Assembly (NCBI RefSeq): GCF_009914755.1
Contig: NC_060935.1
Length of the DNA stretch: 64,000 bases
Reading direction: 5' to 3' (one strand)
Source: the human T2T-CHM13v2.0 reference genome, Homo sapiens
In this document: positions 1 through 28,425 of the stretch, piece by piece
How the letters are laid out: every line of letters starts with the position of its first letter
Numbering within the stretch: position 1 is the first letter of the stretch
Notes under the pieces: generated by a model
Databases searched by the model: none
Told to the model about the DNA's origin: nothing
Seen by the model: only the letters and a program-made list of their open reading frames with translations
Program-made: the position numbers and the translations under genes

Positions 1-5000
<5,000 letters not shown>

Positions 5001-6144
5001 GTAGTTACATGAGTGATACTGTCTTTTAAAATGTCCTCCTTTCTGGGTTGTCTGTTTTCTCATTGTATAGATTAATTTGTTTTCCTAAGCTACATTATTT
5101 GTAAACTGGAAGTTGGATCTAGAAGATTAGATTCATCTTAAACATTTTGGCAAGAATGTTTCCCAGATGATTGAGCACTTCAAATTGTATCAGGTCAGGA
5201 GATACACAATGATGGATTGATTGTCCTGCTGGTAGTGATGGTAAAAATTGATTAAGGTGGTAACCTGCAGATTTTCCCATTGTAATGGTACATTTTGCCA
5301 TTTGCAACTAGTAAATAATCTGTGGGGTGATTCTTTGGCCATGAACACAGAAATATTTGACTCAATATTTGTCAGGCATTTGATAGGTACTGGGAAGACA
5401 GTGGTGAAAAAGAGATTTCTACTCTCACATACCTTACCTTTTTCCCTCCAGAGTTTGAAGACAATAGTGGGAATGGATCTGTTTTTGCAGCAGGGAACAT
5501 TTGCAGTTTAGGATATGTTCATATCAGAAAAATAGAATCCATGAAAAGGTATATGCCAGTGAATACAGAGTTGTAGTATGAGATGATGAAAAAATTCGGG
5601 AGATGGATAGTGGTATTGATTGCATAACAATATGAACATATTTAATGCTGCTGAACTATACACAAATTCAGCTAAAATGGTAAACTTTATGTGTATATTA
5701 CCACACACATGAAAGTATATGTCACTGTGATGGCATACCACTGAATTTAGCCCTGCCTCACTGCCTCTTCCCTGATAATTTTTATCAGGCTTCCTGTTGG
5801 TCTATTAGGACTAATTGGGAGAAAAACTCTTCCTGAAATAAAATTCTATAGTTCAGTTCTGTTAGGAACAGGCAGTGATGTTGTATTTTAGCAATTGCCA
5901 TCAGTAGAGTTTGTCTTTGTAGCCTCGAGGGATCATTATTGATGTCTCTGGGTATGCTGTTGCCATTTGTTGCAGTTCACCAGATGCTGGCCTGCCTTTG
6001 CCGGTTTAGGAAGAGATTATAGCTTGAACCATTGTCTGAATGCTGCTTTGACCTAGTAAATCCTGGGTTCAGGATGAGAGCAGTAACCTTAATGCCAGCA
6101 GGAAAGTGATTTTGTGACCAGTTTGTTAGGGAGGAAGCCCTTCA

Positions 6145-6327
<183 letters not shown>

Positions 6328-6338
6328 TCAACTACTCA

Positions 6339-6443
<105 letters not shown>

Positions 6444-7342
6444 TCAAAAAAAACAACAAAAAAAAAATGAGATAGACCTTCTCATTAATAACAAGAGCTA
6501 GCGGGGCACTGAGGCATGTGCCTGTAGACCCAGCTACTTGGGAAGCTGAGGCAGGAGAATTGCTTGAGCCCAGGAGTTCAAGTCCAATGTGAGAAACAGC
6601 CAGAGCCTGTCTCTAAAAATAAATAAATAATTAATGAACAAAAAATAGCAAATTAGATGGAAGGAAAGAACGCCTTTATTTGTGGCTGACGGAGCTTGGA
6701 CTTCTCTTTCCTTTCCTTTTTGCCTGAGTTAACTGTGGACAAGGTGGACTAGTGGCCAGGCACAGTAATTCACACCTGTATTCCCCACACTTTGGGAGGC
6801 CAAGTTGGGAGGATTGCTTGAGGCTAGGAGTTTGAGACTAACTTGAGAACGCAGTGTGATCCTGTCTCTATTAAAAATTTTTTTAAATTGAAACCAAAAA
6901 CAAAAGAAAAACAAGACTTTAGTGATGGCTGTGATGACAGCATGATCATGGTAAACTGTGACTTTTTCAATCTATAGAAATTGTATCCACGTGAAACCTT
7001 TGAATTGTCTTCACTTTGGAGAGTATCTAGTGTATCACAAATGTTTAGTTTTCAGTCTACAGATCATAGGTTATGTGCAAGCTTTTGCTTAGACAGTAGA
7101 TTAGGAAAATTAGTATGTTGTAGTACAGTGTTTTGCACAGTTTTTAACTGACCTGTAGCAGGAAATACATTTTATATTACTACGTATTACTATTATATGC
7201 ATGGATATATGTAACTAACATGTTTCAGGAAGTGGTATTTACTCATAGTGTGTTTTCTGATTTACTCAAATTTCATTTAAAAAATACACACTGTTGTGAC
7301 CTAAATTGATTTTTGTGACTCATGCTTTAAGATGATCTGGAA

Positions 7343-7600
7343 AAGTGGTTCTCAACATGTGGTCTGGGGATATACACAAGGATTCTTTTATTAGGGGTTT
7401 GTGAAGTCAAAACTATTTTCATAACAGTACTATTATTTGTCTTTTTTGCTCTCATTCTCTAATAAGTGTAGACTTTCCAGAAGTATAGTAGAGGTTTCTA
7501 GAACTATATCATGTGTGATGATAATGCTCTCAGGACTAAGGGAATGTATATTTGTATATTCTTTATTTTCTAGAGTTTCCTAAGGTAGTAGGTTTAATAT
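7343..7600 (+). mobile_element. hAT-Charlie-type DNA transposon fragment (MER119/Charlie7-like; subfamily uncertain)
   Basis: agtggttctcaacatgtggtc TIR-like start, then gtcaaaactattttcataa...ctcattctct...tttccaga. Confidence 0.5.
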
Positions 7601-8064
7601 ATAAATAGATGCTTTTTCAGAGATTCAACTCAGTTTTCAGTATTTATATTATGCTCTTAGTAGTTGTCTTTGGTTATATCTGCCTAATCTGTACCTCACT
7701 GTAGTACAGTGAATTGTTCTGGACTACTGTTCTGATTCTTTACTTTGCCTCTCAGGAATTTCCTTCCACTAATGAATAGGCTCCCTAAGAAATATAATGA
7801 TGGATAAATTATAGTTTATTAAATCATTTTGGTTTATTTGGTAAATCTTCTGTTTCTCTTGGCTGTATGAAATTCTAGTGTAGGTGGCATATTTTTCACC
7901 AGAGTTTCTCTTCTTACATCCCAATAATACAAGAAAATCATAGCAATAAGTGCCAAATAAGGTCAGGTAAAGTTCATTTAATTCTTATTGCCTGTAAATA
8001 TATAATGCTCACTTCTCCTGAAGCACCCACTGAGATTTACAGCAACACAGGAAAGTAGATATGA

Positions 8065-12873
<4,809 letters not shown>

Positions 12874-14200
12874 CTAAACTCAGATTGCTTCTCTTCAAGA
12901 TGATGTTGAGATGCCTTATCCTCATCTTGAATTGATAGCCACATTTTGTTGTTGTTGTTGCAGAGTTGTGATGATATCATAGTTAAATGTGCAGCAAGCA
13001 CACTGAACAGTTGATTATACCTGATGGTATGCAGGAAGGCAGGCAACAGTGATGGGAGAGATCTAGCACTTTTAACTCATTTCTTGACCAATTAGTTTTG
13101 TGGAGGGCTTGTTTGTGGTCAGGGTAAGTGTATCCCGACTCTTTTAGGATCATTCTGTATATAAGTAGCTATTTGACACTAGTTCTTGGGGGAACTTTTT
13201 AGGGAATAGTTTACTTTTGTATATTCATCTTCTCTTGAACATTCTGCCTTCACAGCTATCTTTTTTTTTTTCCTTAAAGGTCCTACTGACTAAATATTTT
13301 TTTTTAATCAAGAGACTTAGGTACGCATAAGCTTCCTGCTAAATTCTGTAGACACCTTCTATTTATGGGTTACATTATCTGGTTGTTGGAATTATTGTGA
13401 TCTAACATTTTTCATGTATGGAAACTGTTCTATGTACTGTTGATCTCTGTAGAATTTGATCTTTTCCAGAATGTATTTGAAGGCTGACCTTTCAGTAAAA
13501 GAAATGCAAGCTTTTCAGCCATGTTAATTTATCACTGCATCTTCTTTGTAATATATATGGCAGTTATGTTAAAAGTAAACATGTGTTTTTCCTTATTCTC
13601 TGTGCTCAGGCCATTTATCATTTAGGGACAAAAAGTTTTATATAGATCAAAAGATAAAAACTTGGGCCTAAGGCTTAGTCATTGTAAGGCAGTGATTCCG
13701 ACTCTTTTTATACTTCCTTAGGGCATTTTAATTAAAATCCATCATGAGATATGAAATTATCAAACTTTGTATAACCTTTTATTTTAGAAGAAAGTTTTAT
13801 ATATATCTTATTAATAAGGAGATACTGATAAATCTAGTAAGTGAAGAGAAACCCCCTAAAATTTGAAGAGATCACTGCTATAGAGGAGCAACACAGTCTG
13901 TATCTATGGTCTTTGGAACTTGGTAGATGTCCAGTGAAGTTATGCTGAATGAATCAGCATTTTTCTTATGTGGCTTCTTAGGTGGAGCTTCCCCCAAACC
14001 CTCTGTGTTAGTTGTTCTTCCTACTGGGCTTCAATAACATTTGTATCTACCTGTCTTAATACATAGCACATTAAATTGTAATTCTATAATTTATTTACAT
14101 ATTTGTTGCCCCCTAGTGGCCAGCAATCTTCTTGAGTGCTAGGACTACATTTTAATTTTTGTATACAGAGTGTCTGGCTATTTTTTCTATATTCAGCATG

Positions 14201-14257
14201 GTCTTGTATGAATTATAATACACACACACACACACACACAGTCTTGTATGAATTATA

Positions 14258-14338
<81 letters not shown>
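14201..14338 (+). repeat. Compound microsatellite: 20-bp unit, (CA)10, same 20-bp unit, (CA)39
   Basis: gtcttgtatgaattataata at 14201 and 14241. Perfect CA run at 14261-14338. Confidence 0.97.
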
Positions 14339-14341
<3 letters not shown>

Positions 14342-14626
14342 TCGGGGGGATAGACAGCAATGTCCGTCTATCCACATATGGCCCAGTGTGTGACCTGGCA
14401 GCAGTGCTGGGTTTTCAAAAGGTTGCAAAGAAGAAAATGAAAGCAACAGCGTTTTAAAGTTCAGTTGATTTTTTGGATATGTATGCATTCATATGTTGTG
14501 GGAGAGCAGAGTGAAAGCCTGAGGTTGCTTTTTCCTTTAAAATGTATTTATTTATTCAAGTACATATTAAGGCTATGAAGTGGGGATTTGGTATATGTTG
14601 CAAAGATTCAGATTTAATCCATGTAG

Positions 14627-16394
<1,768 letters not shown>

Positions 16395-16564
16395 CAAGCA
16401 TGGTTTTCTGACTAAAAGACATTCTTTGTTGCTGACTGGTCCCACCACTACACCTTCTCTCTCTCTGCCAGACCCATTTAAGCTGTATCTGAGGTCGTCC
16501 TTGACAATTTCTTCCGGTTACCTTAAGAGACTGGTCTGGTCGAAGTCTCAAGTGGATTTTTGTA

Positions 16565-16790
16565 GCATAGAGTAGTGGTTAGGACTGTCAGCTCTAGAAC
16601 CAAAGTACCTGGGTTCTAGATCCTAGCCACATCAATTACTAGCTTTGTAACCTGGGCAAGTTACTTCTTTCATTTTCCTTGCTTTGGTAAAGAGGGTATT
16701 AATATCTCATAGGGATGTTGGATTTAAATATATTAATACATGCATAGTGCTTGTTACAGTACCTGGCACATGGTAGGTACTTAAACATTT
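16565..16790 (+). mobile_element. MIR SINE
   Basis: gcatagagtagtggttagga...cctgggttc...gtaacctgggcaagttactt...acagtacctggcacatggtaggtacttaa. Confidence 0.75.
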
Positions 16791-17499
16791 AGACTCCTTT
16801 GTGCCTTTTGGAATGGGAATTGCTTAAGCTGTCCTGAAAAAATAGCCTTTAACATCTGTTTGATTGAGATTTGTGATACATAGAAGTTGAGAGGAAGATG
16901 TGGAAAGCCCTAAGAGAGCTACTTGCCAACCCCACCATCAGGTCTCCCTCAGTGTTCCTAGTCAGGACAGACGAGGCCGAGTCTGAAATTAGATAGTCTT
17001 TGAATGCAACATAAACAGACCAGAGGGACTGGTATGTAGCAAATTGTCAATATATAATGTAAATAGGAATGAAATTGAAATGATGTGAGTTGGATTCAGA
17101 GTGTAGAAGACTTTATTTTAGAACATAATGGGGCCTTAAGTTGTTTACTTCCAAGGGAAAGTTGAGATCTGAGGTTAAATGATTTATTAAACTGCCTATA
17201 GTTGCACAGCAAAGTAATAGAAAAAGTGACACCAGATATATTTTCCCTTTAGACACATTTGCTTTTTTGTTGTTTTTCTGCTATTACCCAAAAAGGTTAG
17301 CTTGGGTCAGCTTTACCTTTCTGTTTCTTCATGTGTAAAATAAATCCATCATTCGTCTTAATTCTCACAGTGTGATTATCTTAGGCAAGAAAAACTATTT
17401 GATACAAACTAGGTCTCAAACTCCTGGCCTCAAGTGATCCTCGTGCCTTGGCCTCCCAGAGTGCTGGGATTACAGGCATGTGCCACTGCTCCTGGTCTT

Positions 17500-19972
<2,473 letters not shown>

Positions 19973-22201
19973 TCAGCTTATTCTAGTTTTCTGGATAACT
20001 CAGACATATTGTTACTGACTCAGTGAATATTCTCTGCTCAAAAGTTCTGATTTCCCAACTCTTACCTGCTTTTTTACTTTTTAAATGTCTGACATAGACA
20101 GTTTGAGAAAATACCCTTTCCACTATTCTATTTTCTGGCAGCTTTAGAAAAGAATGTCAGAAATTTCTATAGAATGATTAATAGATGAATACCTACTTGC
20201 ATCTAGTGTTGCTTCCTCATATTTCTTCTGCTCACCACCTAGGAGAGTGATACAACTAATACTCCTGCAGTTTGACTTAACTACCAGTACTTGAGTTAAT
20301 CTAAGTATTCCATTTATGTGGCCATTTTAACCACTTTATATAGTTAATTACGACTAAACTGGGAATGGTGAATATTTTTTAAGACATTTAAAATTCTTCA
20401 TATTATTTGGATTCTAAATAACATGATTTTGCTATATTATTTGGTCATCTAAGTAGAATAAAGTAATTTGTTGTTGGTTATTCAGGAATACAATTCCCTG
20501 TTAACCCTGGGAAATGCAAATTGCTTTTGAGAGGAAATATGGTTGAAATGATGTCATTGTTCAGTTTATACTTGTTACTTACTGTGACACTGGGCCTAGT
20601 GAGGACTGGTACCTACAGAAAGCCAGTAACTCCCTTTAGGCTGCTAAAATCACGTATATGAAAAGCATCTAGAATAAAAGCATAGCATGCTAGTAAGCCA
20701 ATTTGTATTATTTGGTAATGTTGATGGGCTAGAGGAAATCAGTAGCTGATTTCCTTACTGTTAAAGTGGCCTTACCTTTTGAGTTTCACCTATAGCAGAG
20801 ATTGTGTTATTGCCTACTGATATCCAGGGTTACTGTGAGGATTGAATGTTTTTAAAGCATTTATGAGATATGTTATAGAAGCTTACTTTGACTAGGGTTT
20901 ACATTAAGATAGGATACAGGAAAAACAGACATCCTTGACAGTGTTAAAATTCACACAGGCCAGGTGTGGTGGCTCACACCTGTAATCCCAGCACTTTGGG
21001 AGGCCAAGGTTGGAGGATCACTTGAGCCCAGGAGGTCAAGGGTCAAGGCTACAGTGAGCTGTGATCGTGCCACTGCACCCCAGCCTAGATGACAGAGACT
21101 CTGTCTCCGAAAAAAACCAGCACACACACACGTAATTTTCACACTGTTGCCAACTTTCCAGTTGCAATAATCAAAAAGAGATCAGGAATTCAAATTCATT
21201 TTTCTGTTGTCTTTAATAAATGGGAATGGCTTGGAGACAGAAGCCTTCCTTGTATCCTTACATTCTCCCTATTGAAGGTGTAAATGGAAGAATTTAAGGA
21301 GAAGAAAAGCATGAAAAAGATCAGGGGAACTTTTTGCCTATCATATTAGAAATGTTGGGATAATCAAGATGATTACTTTCTCCTGAGTGAAGAAGAATCC
21401 GTTATGGTAGACCTAATAAAAAGGTTGAGGTTTGAAAACATGAGGGATTTTTAAAACAAGCATATTAGAACTAAAAATGCAAGTGAGTGCTTTCTAAAAG
21501 TGATTCTGGGAAACTATACTTATTCTAGTAGCATTGCTCTTGCTTTATAATGTGCTTGGAACTCATCTTTTCTAGTTCTTCAGAGACACATATACAAAAT
21601 AAGGTGAGGGAGAGAACTGGATGATGTTTTTGGGGAAAACAATGTTAGGAATTGTCAGTGAACACCCTGCCCTGCACCAAAAGATACCTAAAAATACTTT
21701 GAATGATGATGGCATTATTGGTGTCAGTGAAGTCTTATCAAAATTAAACCTTCTTTTGGCTTTTGAACTGTGATTTGTGGCAGCCAAGTTACTAGGTAAG
21801 AGAGTGTTCTAAGGCTTTTTACTAAATATGGAAAAGATACTAGATTTCCCTTTTGTGTTTTTGCCTAAAACTTGTAAGTTGAATCTTGCTTTCCTCTGGT
21901 ATGTAATAGTCAAGTTTATTTCTTTCATTTTTTATGACTTATTTCTGCCCTTTCACAGACTTCTACTCCCTAAGAGACCTATCTCCAGTGTCTCATTTTC
22001 TTACGTGTTTATGTAGATTCAGGTGCTATGTAATCAATTCTAGATCATCAATACTTAGCTTTAAATTCTAGATTTGATGTTCTTAGCACAGATAAAGGTA
22101 GAGTGACTTTATCCTTACCACTACCACTGGCACATCCAGTTTCCTGTTGGGTATGTATTCAATAAATTTCAGCAAATTTTAACACTGGCTAAAGTAAAAT
22201 A

Positions 22202-23697
<1,496 letters not shown>

Positions 23698-23749
23698 TAT
23701 TAAAAGGTAAACTTGCAGTATAAGCAACATTTTGAAAGTGACTGCTTAT

Positions 23750-24890
23750 TAGATAGAATTCTCATACCATACAGTCTCCTCATTTAAAGTGTACAAGTCA
23801 GCTGGGTATAGTGACTGAAGCCTGTAATCCCAGCAGTTTGGAAGGCTGAGGCGTGCAGATCGCTTGAGCACAGGAGTTCGAGACCAGCCTGGCCAACATG
23901 GGAAACCCCTGTCTCTACTAAAAATAAAAAAATCAGCTGGGTGTGGTGGTGTGCACTGGTGGTGTCAGCTATGGGAGGCTGTAGGTGGGAGGATCACCTG
24001 AGCCTAGGAGGTTGAGGTTGCAGTGAGCCTTAGTGGAGCCACTGCATTCCAGCCTGCGCGACAGAGCACAACCCCATCTCAGAAAATAAAAAATAAAATA
24101 AAGTGTACAATCCAGTGGTTTTTAGTATATTCACAGGGTCATACAAATACCACTATCTAATTCCAGAACATTTTCATTGCTCTTGAAAAAACCCATACTA
24201 TTAACAGTCACTTCTCCCATTCTTCATTTTCTCTAGCCCCTGGCAACTATGAATCTAGTTTCTGTCTCTATGGATTTGCCTATTCTAGACATTTTATTTA
24301 AATGAAGTCATACAATATGTGGTCTTTTATGACTGGCTTTTTTTTTATTTGGCATAATGTTTTCAGAGTTTATCTATGTCATGGCACATAGCGTTATTTC
24401 ATTCCTTTTTGTGGTTAAATGATATCTCATTGTATAGGTATACCACATTTTGTTAATGCATTCATCAATTGATTGACATTTGGGTGGTTTCTATCTTTTG
24501 GCTGTTGTGAATAACACTAGTGTAAACATTTGTGTATAAGCTTTTGTTTTGAAAAGAAGAACGTATGTTTTCAGTTCTTTGGGTTATATACCTAGGAGCA
24601 GAATTGTTAAGTCGTACGATAACTTTGTTTAACTTTTTGAGAAACTTTCAAACTGTTTACCAGTGTCTGCACCATTTTACATTCCCACCAGCAATGTATG
24701 AGGCTTCCAGTTGGTCTGCATTCACATCAGCACTTGTTATTGTTTATCTCTTTGATGATAGCCGTTCTGGTGGGTATAAAGTGGTATTTCATTGTGGTTT
24801 TTGGTTTGCATTTTTCTAATGACTAATGAGAATTGAGCATTTTTCATGTGCTTATTGTACATTTGTATATCTTCTTTGGAAAGACATGTT
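23750..24890 (-). mobile_element. L1MB-type 3'-end fragment with an internal Alu (~23800-24100)
   Basis: Antisense L1 3' text. Minus ORF reads [14 protein letters not shown]...LVIRKMQTK. Confidence 0.8.
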
Positions 24891-24968
24891 ATCTTTAAAA
24901 CTAAATATTGATGGTGTGCTATTTGGAATGCTGGGTTTTTTTTGTTTTGTTTTGTTTTGTTTTTTTGA

Positions 24969-25073
<105 letters not shown>

Positions 25074-25754
25074 TGAGTAGCTGGGATTACAGGCATGTGC
25101 CACTACGCCCAGCTTATTTTGTATTTTTAGTAGAGACATGGTTTCTCCGTGTTGGTCAGGCTGGTCTCTAATCTCGAACTCCCGACCTCAGGTGATCCGC
25201 CTGCCTCTGCTTCCCAAAGTACTGGGATTACAGGCGTGAGCCACCGCACCCGGCCTGGAATGCTGTTATTTAGATTAACTTTCTTCCTTTATCTGAGACA
25301 AGGGTTTTTGATCCATTCATTCAAATGTGTTTTTGAGATTGCTTTACCAAGCTAATTTTAAATACAGCTCTCCCTGTGAAAAAATTATATTTTGTATCCT
25401 GGCTTGAAATTTCTATGAAGACAGTTTGTGCCCACTCTGATAAACAGTGATAGACAAATGAAATATTTAGTAGACCCTCTTTGGTCCTGTTTTTATTGTG
25501 AATTTATATCTCTAGGCTCAAAGAATTAGCAAGGGTAAAATTCATAGAGGACCCAGTGGCTCATTGAAACTTCATTATATTCTGTGGATTCTGAGAATAT
25601 CAGCTATCTTGAGAGAAAGAAAAGATCCATAAGGCAAGGAAAATAGCAACTGAGTTTGAAAGTAGCACTTTGCACATGTAGGGAAATCTATGACCACTTG
25701 TAGGTAGGCATGAAAAAGTGCATGATTTCATCAGTATGTTCCTTTCTTTCCTAG

Positions 25755-25893
25755 CGTGGTACCATGCGACGACGCTATGAAGATGATGGCATTTCAGATG
25801 ATGAAATTGAAGGAAAAAGAACTTTTGACTTGGAAGAGAAACTGCACACCAACAAATATAATGCCAATTTTGTTACTTTTATGGAAGGAAAAG
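25755..25893 (+). CDS. KDM2A: KDM2A coding exon (probably exon 3; 139 nt; ~aa 15-61)
   Basis: Acceptor ttcctttctttcctag|CGT and donor AAAG|gtcagt. Translates RGTMRRRYEDDGISDDEIEGKRTFDLEEKLHTNKYNANFVTFMEGK, matching the recalled KDM2A N-terminus. The start exon lies upstream of the window. Confidence 0.97.
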
Positions 25894-26310
25894 GTCAGTA
25901 TTGTTTTGGTTCCAGCTTACAGTCCTTTGATGTGGGAAGCCATAGACTCTGAGCATTGGGGGTTTAGCCTTTATCCAGCTAAAATATTGCCTGTTGATGT
26001 TATCTATCTATTTTCTCTTGTTATACAATGCCATTTGCATGCACTTATCCCCCAGTCCTCCCACCCTGTGAGTCATTCTCTCCTATATTAGAAGTAATCT
26101 TTTTATTAGGGCAGGAGTATTGTTGGATTTTTTTGCCTAACGGCCTCTTCCTCCTTCTTCTATCCCTTGGTTTAAATTTAATTAAAAATAGTACAATAGA
26201 AATCCTTTTATGTATATATCTACCCCACCAAAACTGAGGGTGGGATTCCATGCGCACCGTGCATCTTTGATCCTTGGCAAACTGACAAGGATGTCATATA
26301 TGTATTGTAG

Positions 26311-26574
<264 letters not shown>

Positions 26575-26994
26575 TGATCTGCCCACCTTGGCCTCCCAAA
26601 GTGCTGGGATTACAGGTATGAGCCACCACACCTGGCCCTTTTTTTTTTTTTTTAACTCTTCAGAGACAGGGTGATGATAATTTCTGTTTAGCATTTATAA
26701 GATGACTCACTATTAGTAGTCCTATCCCCATATTATTTAAGCTCTAAATTTCCTGTGGAAATTTAGACTTGGAATATAGACTTGGAAAACCCCTCAAGCG
26801 TTGCTTCTCAATGTGCTCTCCATATTTTCTAAGAGATGCTTCTTACTAAGCATATATTTTATTGACTAACAGCATAACTATATACACAGAATAACAAACA
26901 CCATTTATACTGTATTACTTAGGATCCTTTTTATGGTCCTTTTATCGTTTTTAATTATACCACTTATCTTTCTAATATTTTCCTATGGTGACAG

Positions 26995-27073
26995 ATTTTA
27001 ATGTAGAGTATATTCAGCGGGGTGGCTTGAGAGATCCTCTGATTTTCAAGAATTCTGATGGACTCGGAATAAA
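26995..27073 (+). CDS. KDM2A: KDM2A coding exon (probably exon 4; 79 nt)
   Basis: gacag|AT TTT AAT ... ATA AA|gtaagt. Translates (D)[25 protein letters not shown](K). Phases fit both neighbours. Confidence 0.97.
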
Positions 27074-27520
27074 GTAAGTGTTTTCAGCCTGGCTGGATGT
27101 AGTTGCAAAATGGCCTCGTTACACCCAGGGCAATAAACAGTGGTGGTATTGATAACCCAAAACAATAGTAATTGAAAATAATTTCCCACTTTGTTTTAAA
27201 AGTATATGCTTTTCTTTTGATACACAAGTGTTTCATATTAGAGGTAAATGAGAAAATATAGATGAACCAAAAAAAAAAAAACAACAAATTTAAATCTCCT
27301 GAAATCTACCACCCTTAGGTAGATCATTAACATTTTATTATGTATTCTTTTTTCCTGTGCATATGTGTAAATATATAATCACCTATATTTTTAAAATAAT
27401 TTCAAACCTGATTGTGAATATTACTGTGTCTGGGGAGTACTCAGTACTTTAAGAAAAAAAACTCACATTTACTAGAGCAATTGTGTTTTCCATATATACT
27501 TACTGGTGTTTGTTTCATAG

Positions 27521-27567
27521 AATGCCGGATCCAGACTTCACTGTGAATGATGTCAAAATGTGTGTGG
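27521..27567 (+). CDS. KDM2A: KDM2A coding exon (probably exon 5; 47 nt)
   Basis: tgtttcatag|A ATG CCG ... GTG G|gtaagt. Translates (K)MPDPDFTVNDVKMCV(G). Confidence 0.96.
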
Positions 27568-28152
27568 GTAAGTGTCGAGCTTTTGGCCTCTGTCTTTAAG
27601 GCAAAGATTTAAGACTTAGGACTGAATTAAATCTCTGACTGAGATTTAAGGCCTAGGAACATTGAAGTATATATTTGATTAGAAACTACATTTTCATTAG
27701 GAACTGAGAATTTTATCAAAGAGAGTTACAGAAGTTGCCTTATTTAATACACATTAAACCTAGAAAGTTGGAACCTCTTTTTCCTACCTTCATACTTCCT
27801 TCTCTCCTTGAAGAGTGTGCCTTCTAGGGCAACCTTTCCAAGAAACCGAAAACTTACATCTCTTAGCCAAGAAAGAAGTTTCATTAATATCCGTGATTCC
27901 CTTCCTTCCCCTAAAAGGAGTAGAGAAATTTCCAGGAAATGCTCGCCAGTGCTGCATTTGGAAACTTGCCTAAGACTTGAAACTTTATAGGCTGAGAAGT
28001 AGATACATTAAAATTGAGTCTTTTAATTATTTTATTATATTCAAAATTTGGGAAAAAGAAAGCAAATTAATCTAATTAAAGAAGAAAATTCCTGATGTTA
28101 GTAAAGTTTCAGCCTAGTTTTCTGCAGACAGTGGTGTTCATTGTGGTCCTGA

Positions 28153-28425
<273 letters not shown>

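Noticed and set aside
14152-14488. Cys-Val and His-Thr repeat proteins
   Set aside because: Translations of the CA/TG microsatellite.
16790-17410. Unique stretch inspected for snoRNA, snRNA or 7SK similarity
   Set aside because: No convincing box motifs or match to RNAs I can recall. An Rfam/BLAT search would be needed.
21576-21795. Possible cryptic exon (ttttctag| ... AG|gtaaga); a similar strong donor lies near 13124
   Set aside because: Such motif pairs occur often by chance in long introns, and no other support is visible.
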